64,000 bases of DNA. It comes from a virus. The stretch covers positions 1-64,000 of the IMG/VR virus record IMGVR_UViG_3300048837_000975; one strand, written 5' to 3'. The notes under the pieces are model-generated. The model did not search any database, was not told the DNA's origin, and was given only the letters and a program-made list of their open reading frames with translations. The translations under genes were made by a program, and so were the position numbers. This document shows positions 47,321-57,542 of the stretch, piece after piece (within the stretch, counting starts at the first letter, position 1; the number at the start of each line of letters is the position of its first letter).

Positions 47321-47713
47321 ATGAACTCTAAGCGCATACGCCACGAGATCGCCCGCGAACTAAAAGGCGGAGAAAAGTATGAGTTCAAAGTACTTGAAAA
47401 GGTTGCTGTCAGGCTCAACCTTGGCAAAGACGAAGTGCTCGACTGCATAAACAGAATGGTCTACTTGTACAGAGAGATCGACAGATCGTACAACTCGATA
47501 CATCTGGAAGAGCTTGCACTTACTGGCAAGTACGATCCTGCCAGGAAAGAAGAAATCAAATCGTACATGATTGAGCTCGGAACTATAAGGACTTACATCA
47601 ATGCCGAGAGCGAGAACCTTGCTAGGATCAAGGTGTCAAGAGCCATCTCTTGGCTAGCGAACAACCTGGATGACGTGGAAGCGGCAGTGTCCGCTGGAAA
47701 CATGGAGATTTGA
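47321..47713 (+). CDS. hypothetical protein
   Basis: 130-aa ORF in operon. Confidence 0.6.
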   Translation: MNSKRIRHEIARELKGGEKYEFKVLEKVAVRLNLGKDEVLDCINRMVYLYREIDRSYNSIHLEELALTGKYDPARKEEIKSYMIELGTIRTYINAESENLARIKVSRAISWLANNLDDVEAAVSAGNMEI

Positions 47714-48183
47714 TGGCAAAAGTTATCAACATGGATGCGTTGGACTTCTACGCGTACGAGTCTACGGTGCAGTCCCTTGAGCGTGACGCTCAGCAAGCTA
47801 GGATAGCGGCGAAGCAGTCAAGGTCAGAGTGGGTAGGTGACATCCTTCAGGCCGCGGGTCTGCCGCGAACGATCGCACTCGAGGAGGCCGTGTTCCTGCT
47901 CTCGAAGCGCAGCGTGGAGCTTTCGGTTCCTGACGATCACGAGCTTATCAGCACTGAAAAGCTTGAGATCCTGATGGCTCAGGCGGATGCGTACAAGGCC
48001 ATGTGCGAGGCTTCAAAGGTGTACGTGGATCCTCAGACGTTCAATGACGCCTGCAACACGTTCTACGATGCGAACGATGATGATGGCACGTTCTGTGTTC
48101 CTGTTTACGCATCGGCGAACAAGTCCGATCTGGACGAGATTCCACTGGTACAGTTTATCTGGGCTGACTACGACAATTCGTGA
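47710..48183 (+). CDS. hypothetical protein
   Basis: 157-aa ORF, GGAG SD. Confidence 0.6.
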   Translation: MMAKVINMDALDFYAYESTVQSLERDAQQARIAAKQSRSEWVGDILQAAGLPRTIALEEAVFLLSKRSVELSVPDDHELISTEKLEILMAQADAYKAMCEASKVYVDPQTFNDACNTFYDANDDDGTFCVPVYASANKSDLDEIPLVQFIWADYDNS

Positions 48184-48474
48184 TGCCACTACTTACAAGG
48201 GTTCAAACTTTATGAACGAAACTGAAGAAGAGTCGTCCTCGCTTACCTGGAGTGAGGTTTTCTATCGACTTGGCGTGGTATTTGCTGTATACCTGGTGAT
48301 GTCGATCGGCGCGTTCCTTTCAGCCAATCTGCTGGGGGTCGCTGTTACGTACGCATCCGTGCTGTACGTCACTCTCTTCATCTTGGTAATGAGGCTCGCG
48401 TTCTCATTCCTCGCCGCGGCTCACCGACTATTCAACGAGAAGGACAACTGACTCTCGCGCAACGAAAGTCTGCT

Positions 48475-49671
48475 ATGCTTCGCCATCGCGCCTACCGCTA
48501 CGAACTAGATCCCGGTCTAGAGACCGAGGAATTGTTGCGCAAGCATTGCGGCGCAGCTCGATGGGCGTGGAACTGGGCGCTTGCGGAACGGAAGAAGCGG
48601 TTCACTGAGAAAGAAGGAAAGGAACGCTTTACGAATGCGCAGACCCAGAACAAGGAGCTGGTTCTACTTAAGCACACTACGCATCCTTGGTTGTTCGATG
48701 TAAGCAAGTGTGCTCCCCAGCAGGCGCTTCGTAATCTAGATCGCGCATTCAAGAACATAAAGAAGACTGGTGCCGGGTTCCCAAAGTTCAAGAAGCGCGG
48801 AGCGTGTCGAGATAGCTTCTATCTTCAGCTAAACATAGCCATTTCCGGACGCTACGTCCGCCTTCCTCGCCTAGGCGCCATTCGGCTGAAGGAGCGCCCG
48901 AAGGTCTACGGTGAGATCAAGAGCGCTACGGTATCACGACAAGCAGATCGCTGGTTCGTATCGCTTCACGTTGTTGAGGAGGTTCCGCTTCCGGCTCCTC
49001 CGCCTCCAAATGGAGATGTCACCGGGGTAGACCTGGGCATCAGCACCTTCGCGACGCTGTCTGATGGGACGAAGATCGAGCATCCGAAGCCGCTGGCGCG
49101 CGACCTGGAGAAGCTGAAGCGAGCACAGCGAGCGCTGTCTAGAAAGCGCAAGGGATCCAAGAACCGCGAGAAGGCGGCGCTTCGGTTCGCCAAGATTCAC
49201 ATGCGCATCGGAAACGTGCGCAAAGACTTTTTGCACAAGATCACCACGATGCTTGCGAAAACCAAGCAGGCTATAGTCGTGGAGGATCTTAACGTCTCGG
49301 GCATGGTAAAGAACCGCCACCTGTCGCGCTCTATCATGGAGCAAGGCTGGGGCGAGTTTAGGCGTCAGCTCGAGTACAAGACGGAATGGTATGGTTCAAA
49401 GCTCATCGTAGCGGATCGCTTATTCGCATCATCGAAGAAATGTTTCGATTGCGGAGAGAAGAACGCCATGCTAAAACTGTCTGATAGGAAATGGACTTGT
49501 CGATGCGGAGCGCATCACGATCGTGATGTGAACGCAGCGAGAAACCTACGCCAGCTCGGCGTGGTCAAGCCTGTGGAGAGTCCTCTTGCGGCGGAACCGG
49601 AATCCTCCGGGTCTACGAGTAATGGCTCGATGAAACAGGAAGCAGGAATGGGAAATGTCAGAATTTTCTAG
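48475..49671 (+). CDS. tnpB: TnpB RNA-guided endonuclease (IS200/IS605/IS607 family), no transposase adjacent
   Basis: HRAYRYEL, CGAARWAWN, GFPKFKK, RuvC GVDLG / VVEDL / DRDVNAA intact, CxxC..CxC Zn finger. Confidence 0.93.
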   Translation: MLRHRAYRYELDPGLETEELLRKHCGAARWAWNWALAERKKRFTEKEGKERFTNAQTQNKELVLLKHTTHPWLFDVSKCAPQQALRNLDRAFKNIKKTGAGFPKFKKRGACRDSFYLQLNIAISGRYVRLPRLGAIRLKERPKVYGEIKSATVSRQADRWFVSLHVVEEVPLPAPPPPNGDVTGVDLGISTFATLSDGTKIEHPKPLARDLEKLKRAQRALSRKRKGSKNREKAALRFAKIHMRIGNVRKDFLHKITTMLAKTKQAIVVEDLNVSGMVKNRHLSRSIMEQGWGEFRRQLEYKTEWYGSKLIVADRLFASSKKCFDCGEKNAMLKLSDRKWTCRCGAHHDRDVNAARNLRQLGVVKPVESPLAAEPESSGSTSNGSMKQEAGMGNVRIF

Positions 49672-50146
49672 GAACGCAGTGCGGAAAAGCATTAACCTGC
49701 ATACCATTAGCGGAAACATCGGGCGCGACCCGTACTACAAGCCGGGACACGGAAACGGAAGCTTCATCGCGTTCTCAGTCGCTACGTCTACGTCGTGGAA
49801 GGACAAGAACGACGAGTGGAAAGAGAAGACGCAGTGGCACAACGTGAAGGTGTTTGGAAAGCTCGCCGACAAGCTGTCGAGCGCCCTCTCTAAAGGTACT
49901 CCGGTGTTCGTCTCAGGGCGCCACGAGTACGAGAAGAAGACTGGGAAGGACGGCAAGGAACACAACGACTCCTACATCCTGGCAGACAACGTCTACGTAC
50001 TGGTCCGCGAGGAAGCCGACCCAGACCAGCGAAAGACGCAGCGACGAAAAGATCGGCAGGACAGCGCAGGTCCGATGGGCACCGCTGACGACCTGGATGA
50101 CGCGTACTACTCAGTTGGAGGTGGAGACGAAGACATTCCGTTCTGA
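49655..50146 (+). CDS. ssb: single-stranded DNA-binding protein (alternative start GTG 49679)
   Basis: N...I.GN.GRDP, FSVAT, T.WH.V..FGK, acidic DEDIPF tail. Confidence 0.95.
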   Translation: MSEFSRNAVRKSINLHTISGNIGRDPYYKPGHGNGSFIAFSVATSTSWKDKNDEWKEKTQWHNVKVFGKLADKLSSALSKGTPVFVSGRHEYEKKTGKDGKEHNDSYILADNVYVLVREEADPDQRKTQRRKDRQDSAGPMGTADDLDDAYYSVGGGDEDIPF

Positions 50147-50212
50147 TCAGAGTCTTCCTCTATGAGGGTCTGTTGAAAGGAGTCTTTTAAGTTCTGAGCG
50201 CGAAGCGACACT

Positions 50213-51838
50213 ATGAGCCAAGACTGGATCGACATTGCGCAAGGTAAGTTTCGTTCTGGGGCGTTCCCTGAGGACGTTACCGTAGTAGTGCCTGATCCAG
50301 GTAAGCCAACTACAACTCCGCTCAAAGACGACAAGACAAAGAACAAGACTCCGCCGTGTGCTCTTCGCTCGGAAGAGGTAGTGCTAGTCGGGTGTATGTC
50401 CATTCCTGAGAGCATGGACGAGCTTGATGACCTGCTGCCTCAGCACTTCTATGACGTACGGAACCAGATCATCTGGGAAACGATGCTGGATCTCAGATCC
50501 AAGGATCTGGTTCCAGATCATGTCCAGATAAAGGCGAAGATCGAGGAGAAGGGGAAGACCCCACTCGTCAAGGAGTCGTATCTCAGCTACCTCGATGAGA
50601 TTCCGATCAACGCAAAGGTCCGCGAACACGCTAATATCGTAATAGCTAGGTATCGTCAGCGCGAATTGGTGAACCTTGGCAGGAGCATCGCAAATAATGC
50701 GATGACCCCTGCCGAGGACGTTCAAATGATGATCGAGGAGGCCGAGCGACTGGTCTCCGAACTTGCTCATACCAACAAAAAGTCTACACTTATCAGTATC
50801 GGAGAAGTGTACGACGAAGAGCTGCGGACGATCACCAGAGCTCACCAAACTGGTGAGTCCGCTACAGGTGTGCCTAGCGGCTTCGATGGCATCGATCGTC
50901 TAACCGGAGGATGGCACGCTGGCGATCTGGTAGTGATCGCTGGCCGTCCAGGATCCGGAAAGACCAGCTTCGTAACGAACACGCTGCTGAACATCGTGTC
51001 GACGCGCCTGGATGACGATGGCACCAGGTTCGGTGCTGCGTTTTTCTCTCTGGAGATGCCTCGAGCACAGATCGCCGTGCGTCTTGCCTGCTCCAGAAGC
51101 GGTGTTGCAAGCGAGAAGGTGCGTTTCAACAAGCTCGACTCGAGGGAGCTGGCGCGCCTGGTCAACGAAACCGTCGCGATGAAGCAGTTTCCGCTGTGGA
51201 TCGACGACACTCCGGCCATTTCGCTGCTTGAGCTAAGATCCCGAATAAAGACGCTCAAGCGGCAGGTAGACGCCGGAACTTCACGGATCGCGTGTAAGAA
51301 ACTGAAGATCGTAGCGGTTGACTATATTCAGCTGATGAAGTCACACGCAAAGAAGAACGAGAACCGCGACCGAGAGATCGCGCTCATTACGTCTGGACTG
51401 AAAGAGATCGCTAAGACAGAAGAAGTTTGCATCATAGCGCTCAGCCAGATGAATCGATCCATCGAGAAGGACAAGAAGCGTCGCCCGTGCCTGTCTGACC
51501 TGCGAGAGTCAGGGTCTATCGAAGCAGACGCGGATGCTGTTATGTTCGTACACCGCCCGTACGTAGGCGTAGACGAGGACAGCGAGGCTCCTGTCGATCG
51601 GGTTGAGCTGGTGATCGCGAAGCAGCGAAACGGCCCAACTGAGTCGGTTGCGCTTCGCTGGGACGGCAAGACTACGACCTTCTCTGACGAGGATTCTCAG
51701 CCTGGAAGGTACGTCCATAAGAGCGACTCGTACGCTGGGACTGGAAATGGCTTTGAAAAGGTGAGGAATGGTGGTAAGGTAGACTATAGGAAGCAGGAAG
51801 ACTACGATGACTTCGACATTCCAGAAGGGCTTGCCTAA
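50213..51838 (+). CDS. dnaB: replicative DNA helicase DnaB
   Basis: AGRPGSGKT, FSLEM, VDYIQLM, ALSQMNR, DLRESGSIEADAD, AKQRNGP. Confidence 0.95.
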   Translation: MSQDWIDIAQGKFRSGAFPEDVTVVVPDPGKPTTTPLKDDKTKNKTPPCALRSEEVVLVGCMSIPESMDELDDLLPQHFYDVRNQIIWETMLDLRSKDLVPDHVQIKAKIEEKGKTPLVKESYLSYLDEIPINAKVREHANIVIARYRQRELVNLGRSIANNAMTPAEDVQMMIEEAERLVSELAHTNKKSTLISIGEVYDEELRTITRAHQTGESATGVPSGFDGIDRLTGGWHAGDLVVIAGRPGSGKTSFVTNTLLNIVSTRLDDDGTRFGAAFFSLEMPRAQIAVRLACSRSGVASEKVRFNKLDSRELARLVNETVAMKQFPLWIDDTPAISLLELRSRIKTLKRQVDAGTSRIACKKLKIVAVDYIQLMKSHAKKNENRDREIALITSGLKEIAKTEEVCIIALSQMNRSIEKDKKRRPCLSDLRESGSIEADADAVMFVHRPYVGVDEDSEAPVDRVELVIAKQRNGPTESVALRWDGKTTTFSDEDSQPGRYVHKSDSYAGTGNGFEKVRNGGKVDYRKQEDYDDFDIPEGLA

Positions 51839-52053
51839 CAATCTGATTGCTATCACCAGGTGGCAGTCAGGAGCGTGGTACGGGAAGGTATTCTTTCCCG
51901 ACGGAACCACGCAGTGGTACAAGCTCTTCGAGGGATCTCAGTGCAAGACGAACTCAAGATGGGCCTGGCGGAGGGCCGGTCAGATGATTCGTACAGTGCA
52001 GCAGTACGGAATCTTACCGCCCAGCAAGAAAGCCGATACGAACAAATAACGGC

Positions 52054-52365
52054 TTGCGGCTCGTTCGGACCTATGACAGCATGGGTCCTATGATCGACGG
52101 AAACTTCATTGCATTGAAAGAGGAAGCGATTCACCGGCTTAACCTGCCGTACGGAATCAACGGTAAGGACATCAAGTTCGCGCGTCTGGCGCTAGGCATG
52201 TCGCGCATCACCATCGCCTATGACCTTCGTATGAAGGTCGAGGAACTTAAGAACATAGAGATGTGTTTGGATCCCGTTCCGGACTATCTTCTTGATCACA
52301 TGAAGTTCCTGCTTGGAGTTCCGGAGCTTCAGGATCCCAGGGATGAGCTTGAGGAGGATATATGA
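52054..52365 (+). CDS. XRE-like HTH protein
   Basis: IKFARLALGMSRITIA..L.....L.NIE. Confidence 0.55.
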   Translation: MRLVRTYDSMGPMIDGNFIALKEEAIHRLNLPYGINGKDIKFARLALGMSRITIAYDLRMKVEELKNIEMCLDPVPDYLLDHMKFLLGVPELQDPRDELEEDI

Positions 52366-52636
52366 AGACATCCAAGCGCTTTCGCAAGAAGCGGGAGAAA
52401 CGACGACACCTCAGCAGGTGGTTCTATGTGCGCGACGCAGGAAGTCACCAGCGGTGGATGGCAGCTGGTGTTATTCATAAGCTTGTTGATTCCGAAAACG
52501 GCTGGACATACTCTTGGTGCTTGCGCGAAGTTGCTGACATGCTTCACGGCATTGATCTGTACCAGCGCACCGGAGATCGTGCTAGAGGGAAAGTCCTGAA
52601 GCGTTACATGGATGGGTTCCTGAAAGGATTAATGCA

Positions 52637-53107
52637 TTGAATGTGTTCGCTGTAAATCTCGATCCAGTGCTCGCTGCTCGCGATTTGGCTAACCAGCATG
52701 TCGTGAAAATGCCGTTGGAAACCGCGCAGATGCTGTGCAGCGTGTCTGCACGCCACGGAAAGCCGGGTCCGTACAAGGCCGCCTACACGAAGCACCCGTG
52801 TACGCTGTGGGCTGGCGATAGTTACGAAAACTGGTACTGGCTAGTTCTTCACGGAATCGGCCTCTGCGAGGAGTACACCGCTCGCTACGGCAAGAGACAC
52901 GCTTCTCACGATGTGATCGAGTGGTGCCTAAGTGACGGGAGAATGCCAACCGATCACGGATTTACTCCATTCGCCCAGGCGATGCCTGATCAGTACAAGC
53001 GCACTGATGCAGTAGAGGCTTACCGCGCCTATTACATCGGCGAGAAGCTGAAGTTCGCCAAGTGGGAACCTCGCGCTAAGCGTCCCGACTGGGCAAATGG
53101 ATCCTAG
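52637..53107 (+). CDS. pyrimidine-dimer DNA glycosylase (DenV-like) family protein
   Basis: MNVF..DP..AA....HVVKM.LE.AQML, HPC..W, EY..RYGK.H, AYR.YY. Confidence 0.85.
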   Translation: MNVFAVNLDPVLAARDLANQHVVKMPLETAQMLCSVSARHGKPGPYKAAYTKHPCTLWAGDSYENWYWLVLHGIGLCEEYTARYGKRHASHDVIEWCLSDGRMPTDHGFTPFAQAMPDQYKRTDAVEAYRAYYIGEKLKFAKWEPRAKRPDWANGS

Positions 53108-53303
53108 ACCACAGAAGCCGCGCAAGTACGTGGTTGTCTTTGACCATATATCAACGGTCAAGGCCGGGGACATGGTTGTGTGCCCGTCAAGTGGCTGCTG
53201 GATCGGTGTCGAAAAGGTCACAACCGACAGCGAAGGCAATATTGAGCTGACCTGGGTGGAAAGTCGCCCACCAGGATGCGACGGCTTCGTGGGAAGCCCG
53301 AAT

Positions 53304-53540
53304 CTAGAGCTGGCTGTCCGAAGACAGGCCCGATGAGGCGTCGGATACGCCCTGAGCGTACGCGTCCCCGATCGAGTCCTCTACCACTCTAGCCAAAGTT
53401 ACACGAAGACCTGCCATGATCTTGTTGATCTGGTCAGTCGTGTTCTGATCTGCCTTAGCAACAGCGTATCCCTGGCGCTGAGCTGCCTTGATCAGACTAG
53501 TTAAAAGCGAGTTGAACTTCTCTTCTTGCTCGTTAGACAT
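53304..53540 (-). CDS. small hypothetical protein, opposite to surrounding genes
   Basis: 78-aa ORF with AAGGAAG SD and its own promoter. Confidence 0.6.
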   Translation of the reverse strand: MSNEQEEKFNSLLTSLIKAAQRQGYAVAKADQNTTDQINKIMAGLRVTLARVVEDSIGDAYAQGVSDASSGLSSDSQL

Positions 53541-53566
53541 TGTCCGGGCTTCCTTTGTTGTAGGGG

Positions 53567-53708
53567 TTGACTTTCTTAGCCATCAGCAGTATCCAGTATC
53601 CATTGCGCTCCGAGGAGCGACTAGGGCACCATATGTCAATGACCATACACTACAACATGTGCGGTGTCAATAAATTCTGTTGACTGTGTGTCAAGAACTT
53701 GGTACAAG
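53567..53708. promoter_or_regulatory. cluster of three sigma70-type promoters (convergent and divergent)
   Basis: + TTGACT-17-TATCCA (53567-95); - TTGACA-17-TATGGT (53670-42); + TTGACT-17-TACAAG (53680-708); TTGAC-N5-GTCAA palindrome at 53680-94. Confidence 0.65.
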
Positions 53709-53714
53709 TAGGCG

Positions 53715-54158
53715 ATGCGCGCTATCCGCCTGGTCCTCGGTCTGGCTCTAATTTCGCCGTTCGCTCTCGGTTGCTCCCTGCTAGGAGGGGTCGGCCCTGC
53801 TATTCCGACCATCGTTTCTGTTGTAAACGACGCGATGCTCATTCTGAAAACGATTGACGCGGCCGCTCAGGAGTACTTTCGCTCTCGAGAGGTGCCGGAA
53901 GATGTGCGAAAAGAGTACGTGCGAGCATACACGGCTGCTGTGGCAGCCCTGAACGCAGCAAATCACACCTTGCGAGGCGTCAAAAACATCGATCAGAAGG
54001 AGTACGACCGGGCTATTCAGGAGTTCCGTAGCGCATACGGTGGCCTTCGTGATTTCCTTGAGCAGTATGGTGTCATGCGCGACGACAAGATGTCTATCGG
54101 TGGAGACGAGGTGACTGTTCCTGTTCCCGAAGCCATCGAGTTCCGATTCGATGACTGA
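53715..54158 (+). CDS. helical lipoprotein
   Basis: Lipobox ALGC. Confidence 0.7.
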   Translation: MRAIRLVLGLALISPFALGCSLLGGVGPAIPTIVSVVNDAMLILKTIDAAAQEYFRSREVPEDVRKEYVRAYTAAVAALNAANHTLRGVKNIDQKEYDRAIQEFRSAYGGLRDFLEQYGVMRDDKMSIGGDEVTVPVPEAIEFRFDD

Positions 54159-54926
54159 TCCAATAGCCATCGCGGCAGGGTACGTCGCTGTAGCCGTCCT
54201 GCTGTCGTTAGTTGGTCGAATCTTTGAGCTTTTCCACTAGGTATGGTAGTCTCATGGAATGGGATCCATAGACCCGAGGCATGTTCCGTATCTAGCAGCC
54301 GCAATCGGAGCCACAGCTGCGATGCTCACTGGACGTGAGCGCACCAGAATCGACAATCTGTTGATTGGTGGTCTGTTCGCCGGATTCGCAGCGTACCGCG
54401 ATCCGCGAGCGACCCCAGGTTCAACGCTCGCCGTTGCCGCGATCGAGGGAATCATCTGGGGGGTAACCGACCGGATGGTTCCTGTGATTAAGGAAAAGAT
54501 CATGCCGAGCCACCCGCAGGTCTCTGCATGACAGCCAAAATGACCCCAGGTCACGGGACGTGCGTTCGTCTCGAAGATCCGGAGTCTGGGTTGGACTTCT
54601 CCTGGACTGGAAAGTGTCCGATCCTTGGCGTTGGTGTGTTCGGTGACAGCTTCATCTATCTTCGGTGCGAATCTCACCGTGCGATCGTGGTGTTTAGGGA
54701 CAAGAACGACGCTCGGTGGACATACGAGGAGCACGTTTCCGGGGCCGGGCTCATGCCGTGTTACGAGGTGCGCTTTCTGATTGAAAGAGCAACAGAGCGC
54801 TTCCTGGAAACTAGACCGGCTCTTGACCTGGATCAGGGAGAGCATTCTGCCGAAACGGAATGTCACCGTCTCACAAGCGAGTCTGGCGACAGAACAAGGC
54901 TAACGTACCGCCCAGCGGGGTAAAAA

Positions 54927-55682
54927 ATGACACGAGAAAACGGCTGGTTACCTGATTTTGCTGACCGCCGAGACAAGCCACTGGCGGCCACCATCGAGAC
55001 CGAAGAGGAGTTCCCGGAGAGCTGCTCGCTGTCCATGCACGTTCCGTTCGTTCTGGACCAGGGCGGGCTCGGATCCTGCGTCGCTCACGCCGTTCTGTAC
55101 GCCACGATGGTAAACGATGCTGCGAACGGACGCCGAATCATGCCGTTCTCGAGGCTGTTCGCCTACTGGCACTCTCGGAACCAGCACGGAGACGCCAGCA
55201 AGAACACGGGGACCTATATCCGTACTCTGATCAAGGTACTGAATACGCTTGGGCGTCCGCCCGAGTCTGAGTGGACCTACGAAGGCGACCCAAAGAACGA
55301 CAAATTCACCAAGAAGCCACCGCTCACTGTGATGCTTTCGGCTTTCGACAGGAGAAAGGCAGACTACAGCCGAATTGATGCAGACGGAGAGGAGCGGATT
55401 CGCCAGATCAAAGCGTCAATCTGCAACAAGCGCCCGGTTGTGTTCGGAACTGGCATATCGTCTGAGTTCGCCGAGGGTAACACGCCGCCCGGAGGAGTCT
55501 GGCGCCTTCCGTCCTCTACCATTGGCGGGCACGCAATGTGCGCAGTCGGGTACAAGAAGACAGGTTTGGTGATTGTGAATTCATGGGGCCTGCTTTGGGG
55601 CGACAACATGGGGTACGCGACGCTCGACTGGGAATGGATCGCCGACCCGTCGACGCGCGACCTGTGGTCTATATCACTGTAA
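54927..55682 (+). CDS. papain-like C1 cysteine peptidase
   Basis: DQG.LGSCVAHA, GGHAM.AVGY, NSWG..WG..GY. Confidence 0.92.
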   Translation: MTRENGWLPDFADRRDKPLAATIETEEEFPESCSLSMHVPFVLDQGGLGSCVAHAVLYATMVNDAANGRRIMPFSRLFAYWHSRNQHGDASKNTGTYIRTLIKVLNTLGRPPESEWTYEGDPKNDKFTKKPPLTVMLSAFDRRKADYSRIDADGEERIRQIKASICNKRPVVFGTGISSEFAEGNTPPGGVWRLPSSTIGGHAMCAVGYKKTGLVIVNSWGLLWGDNMGYATLDWEWIADPSTRDLWSISL

Positions 55683-55692
55683 AATTATTCAG

Positions 55693-55721
55693 TTGACGCC
55701 AGGTTACAATCAGGGTATAAA
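55693..55721 (+). promoter_or_regulatory. sigma70-type promoter, near-leaderless
   Basis: TTGACG-17-TATAAA, 8 nt before ATG 55730. Confidence 0.65.
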
Positions 55722-55729
55722 CGGTACTC

Positions 55730-56068
55730 ATGTGGTCCCGGTTTGTCCTGCTTTCCGCGCTAGCCGTTCCTTCTATCATAACGTGTCATCACGTGACGGT
55801 TGATCCGGATACGGTCGAGCCGAATCAGGTGGTTCCGGCGCCCCCATCTTCCGTAGCAACGGATCCGTGTTCACTAGCGTGCCGCAGACTGTATGACTTG
55901 AAGTGCCCAGAGTGGAAAGGATCGCCCGGGGGCGCATCCTGCTGGGATGTTTGCTTTTATACGGAGTCTAGCGGCATAGCGCATTTCTGCCCTGACGCTG
56001 TTGCGAAGATCAAGACCTGTGCCGAGCTTGATGAGGCTTTCTTGTCGTGCGAAAACACGGTGAAATAA
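55730..56068 (+). CDS. Cys-rich secreted/lipoprotein
   Basis: Signal peptide and multiple Cys. Confidence 0.7.
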   Translation: MWSRFVLLSALAVPSIITCHHVTVDPDTVEPNQVVPAPPSSVATDPCSLACRRLYDLKCPEWKGSPGGASCWDVCFYTESSGIAHFCPDAVAKIKTCAELDEAFLSCENTVK

Positions 56069-56577
56069 CAGTCCTGGGCGTATGCCCGGGAATGAAGTCG
56101 CTCTCGTACTGCTGCGTCACGTGGGAACTCGGTGTTCCCGAGGGCGAGCTGATCGATTATGACGTTCTAAGGGGCTCGAAATGCTCACCTGACGATGATG
56201 AGGAGAGAATCCTGCGTCGAGCAAGGGCGCACATGCTTATTTTGTCTGTTGTTATTGAAAGACACGAGCCGGACCTGATTGCCATAGCCCCAGTTTCCAT
56301 CAAGGAGCCGCCGGAACGGACCGAGGCCGTAGCCTTCGAGCTGGGAAAGACCGCCGCGGACTACAAAGTGCCCGTTCTGGTCTGGTCGGACAAGCGCGAT
56401 CTCTTCGGATCGTTCCCTGTGGGCGCCGACTCGAAGGGAATTATTTTGCAACGTATTGAAAATGGCGTTCCCGGGTCACGGAACAGGGCGCTGGCGTGGT
56501 CGGCGATAGCGTCAATCGCCGGATTTGAACGCCTGGCAATGGCTAGCGGCGCCGCTGGTCTATTTGTGCAAGAATAG
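56047..56577 (+). CDS. RuvC-like fold protein, probably catalytically degenerate
   Basis: VLGVCPG in place of GIDPG; PD.IAI without the usual E. Confidence 0.5.
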   Translation: MRKHGEITVLGVCPGMKSLSYCCVTWELGVPEGELIDYDVLRGSKCSPDDDEERILRRARAHMLILSVVIERHEPDLIAIAPVSIKEPPERTEAVAFELGKTAADYKVPVLVWSDKRDLFGSFPVGADSKGIILQRIENGVPGSRNRALAWSAIASIAGFERLAMASGAAGLFVQE

Positions 56578-56828
56578 CGCTTGCGCCAACAGATCTATGG
56601 TGCTAGTTTCGTTTGAATGAGCAAGTGTGGCCCGTGTTCGTCGGTTGGTTCCTTCTATTCGCGGTATGAGAACGAGAGAGATCTCGGTCCGGTCTTTATT
56701 CGTGAAACCTGCGGAAGATTTCACGTACTAAAGCAACTATCCGACAATCCCGGATTGTTCGAGATCGTTGCGGACACTGGGACGAACCGCGAACTGGCCG
56801 AGGTGTTGGTCGATTACTTGACAGTTGC

Positions 56829-57335
56829 GTGAAAGATTTCGCTTGCCAACCGGTCTTGGTTGGTGTAGGTTCGCTTACCATGGTCGAAATTGTTTTTACG
56901 GTCATGCTCCTACTTTTGGGTGGAGCTGTTGGGTACGGAGCATACCAGCGACGGTCGAATTTGACCCTGTCGTCTGCCCTGAACGACGTGATGGACCGGT
57001 CGATTGGCCAGTCCATGCGCTACGAGGAGCAGGTTGCCAGCCTCAAGGCACAGGTATCCAACGAGATCCGGAAGCGAGAAGAGCTCTTCAAGTCGGTAGA
57101 CGACGCGGTCAACGAGACCCGCAGGTGGAGGGACCTCTATTTCGTGGAGGCCATGGAACACGGGAACGCCCAGGTGGCAATGATGAACGAAATCGCCCGC
57201 CTGTCGAAGCTGCTGTCTGCCAAGGGTGTCAACGTGAAGCTGAACCGTGGCATCGAAGCGGCGCTCAACGAGTTTCGTGAGCACCATCCTGTTACCCAGG
57301 AACAATACGCAGAAGCGAAGAAGAGCATAAAGTAA
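56829..57335 (+). CDS. membrane-anchored coiled-coil protein
   Basis: N-terminal TM then heptads. Confidence 0.65.
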   Translation: MKDFACQPVLVGVGSLTMVEIVFTVMLLLLGGAVGYGAYQRRSNLTLSSALNDVMDRSIGQSMRYEEQVASLKAQVSNEIRKREELFKSVDDAVNETRRWRDLYFVEAMEHGNAQVAMMNEIARLSKLLSAKGVNVKLNRGIEAALNEFREHHPVTQEQYAEAKKSIK

Positions 57336-57542
57336 CATGGACCTGTTGAACTTCCTTACCATATCTTCCTCCATGCTTTTTGGAGGCGTTCTTGGGTACC
57401 ATATGTGCCATCGTCGCTACGAGAAGCAGGATTATGCTGATTTTCTGACAGCGAGAGAGTCTGAGCGCAAAAGAGCTATGCGCGAGGCTAGGGCTGTGGC
57501 CGACGGAAAACTGGTTCTTTTGAGCGCAAGAAAGGCTGCGAA

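Noticed and set aside
48475-49671. Cas12f/CRISPR effector
   Set aside because: No repeat-spacer array in the window; size and motifs fit TnpB
56047-56577. Active RuvC resolvase (ruvC symbol)
   Set aside because: Catalytic acidic residues appear substituted, so no symbol was assigned
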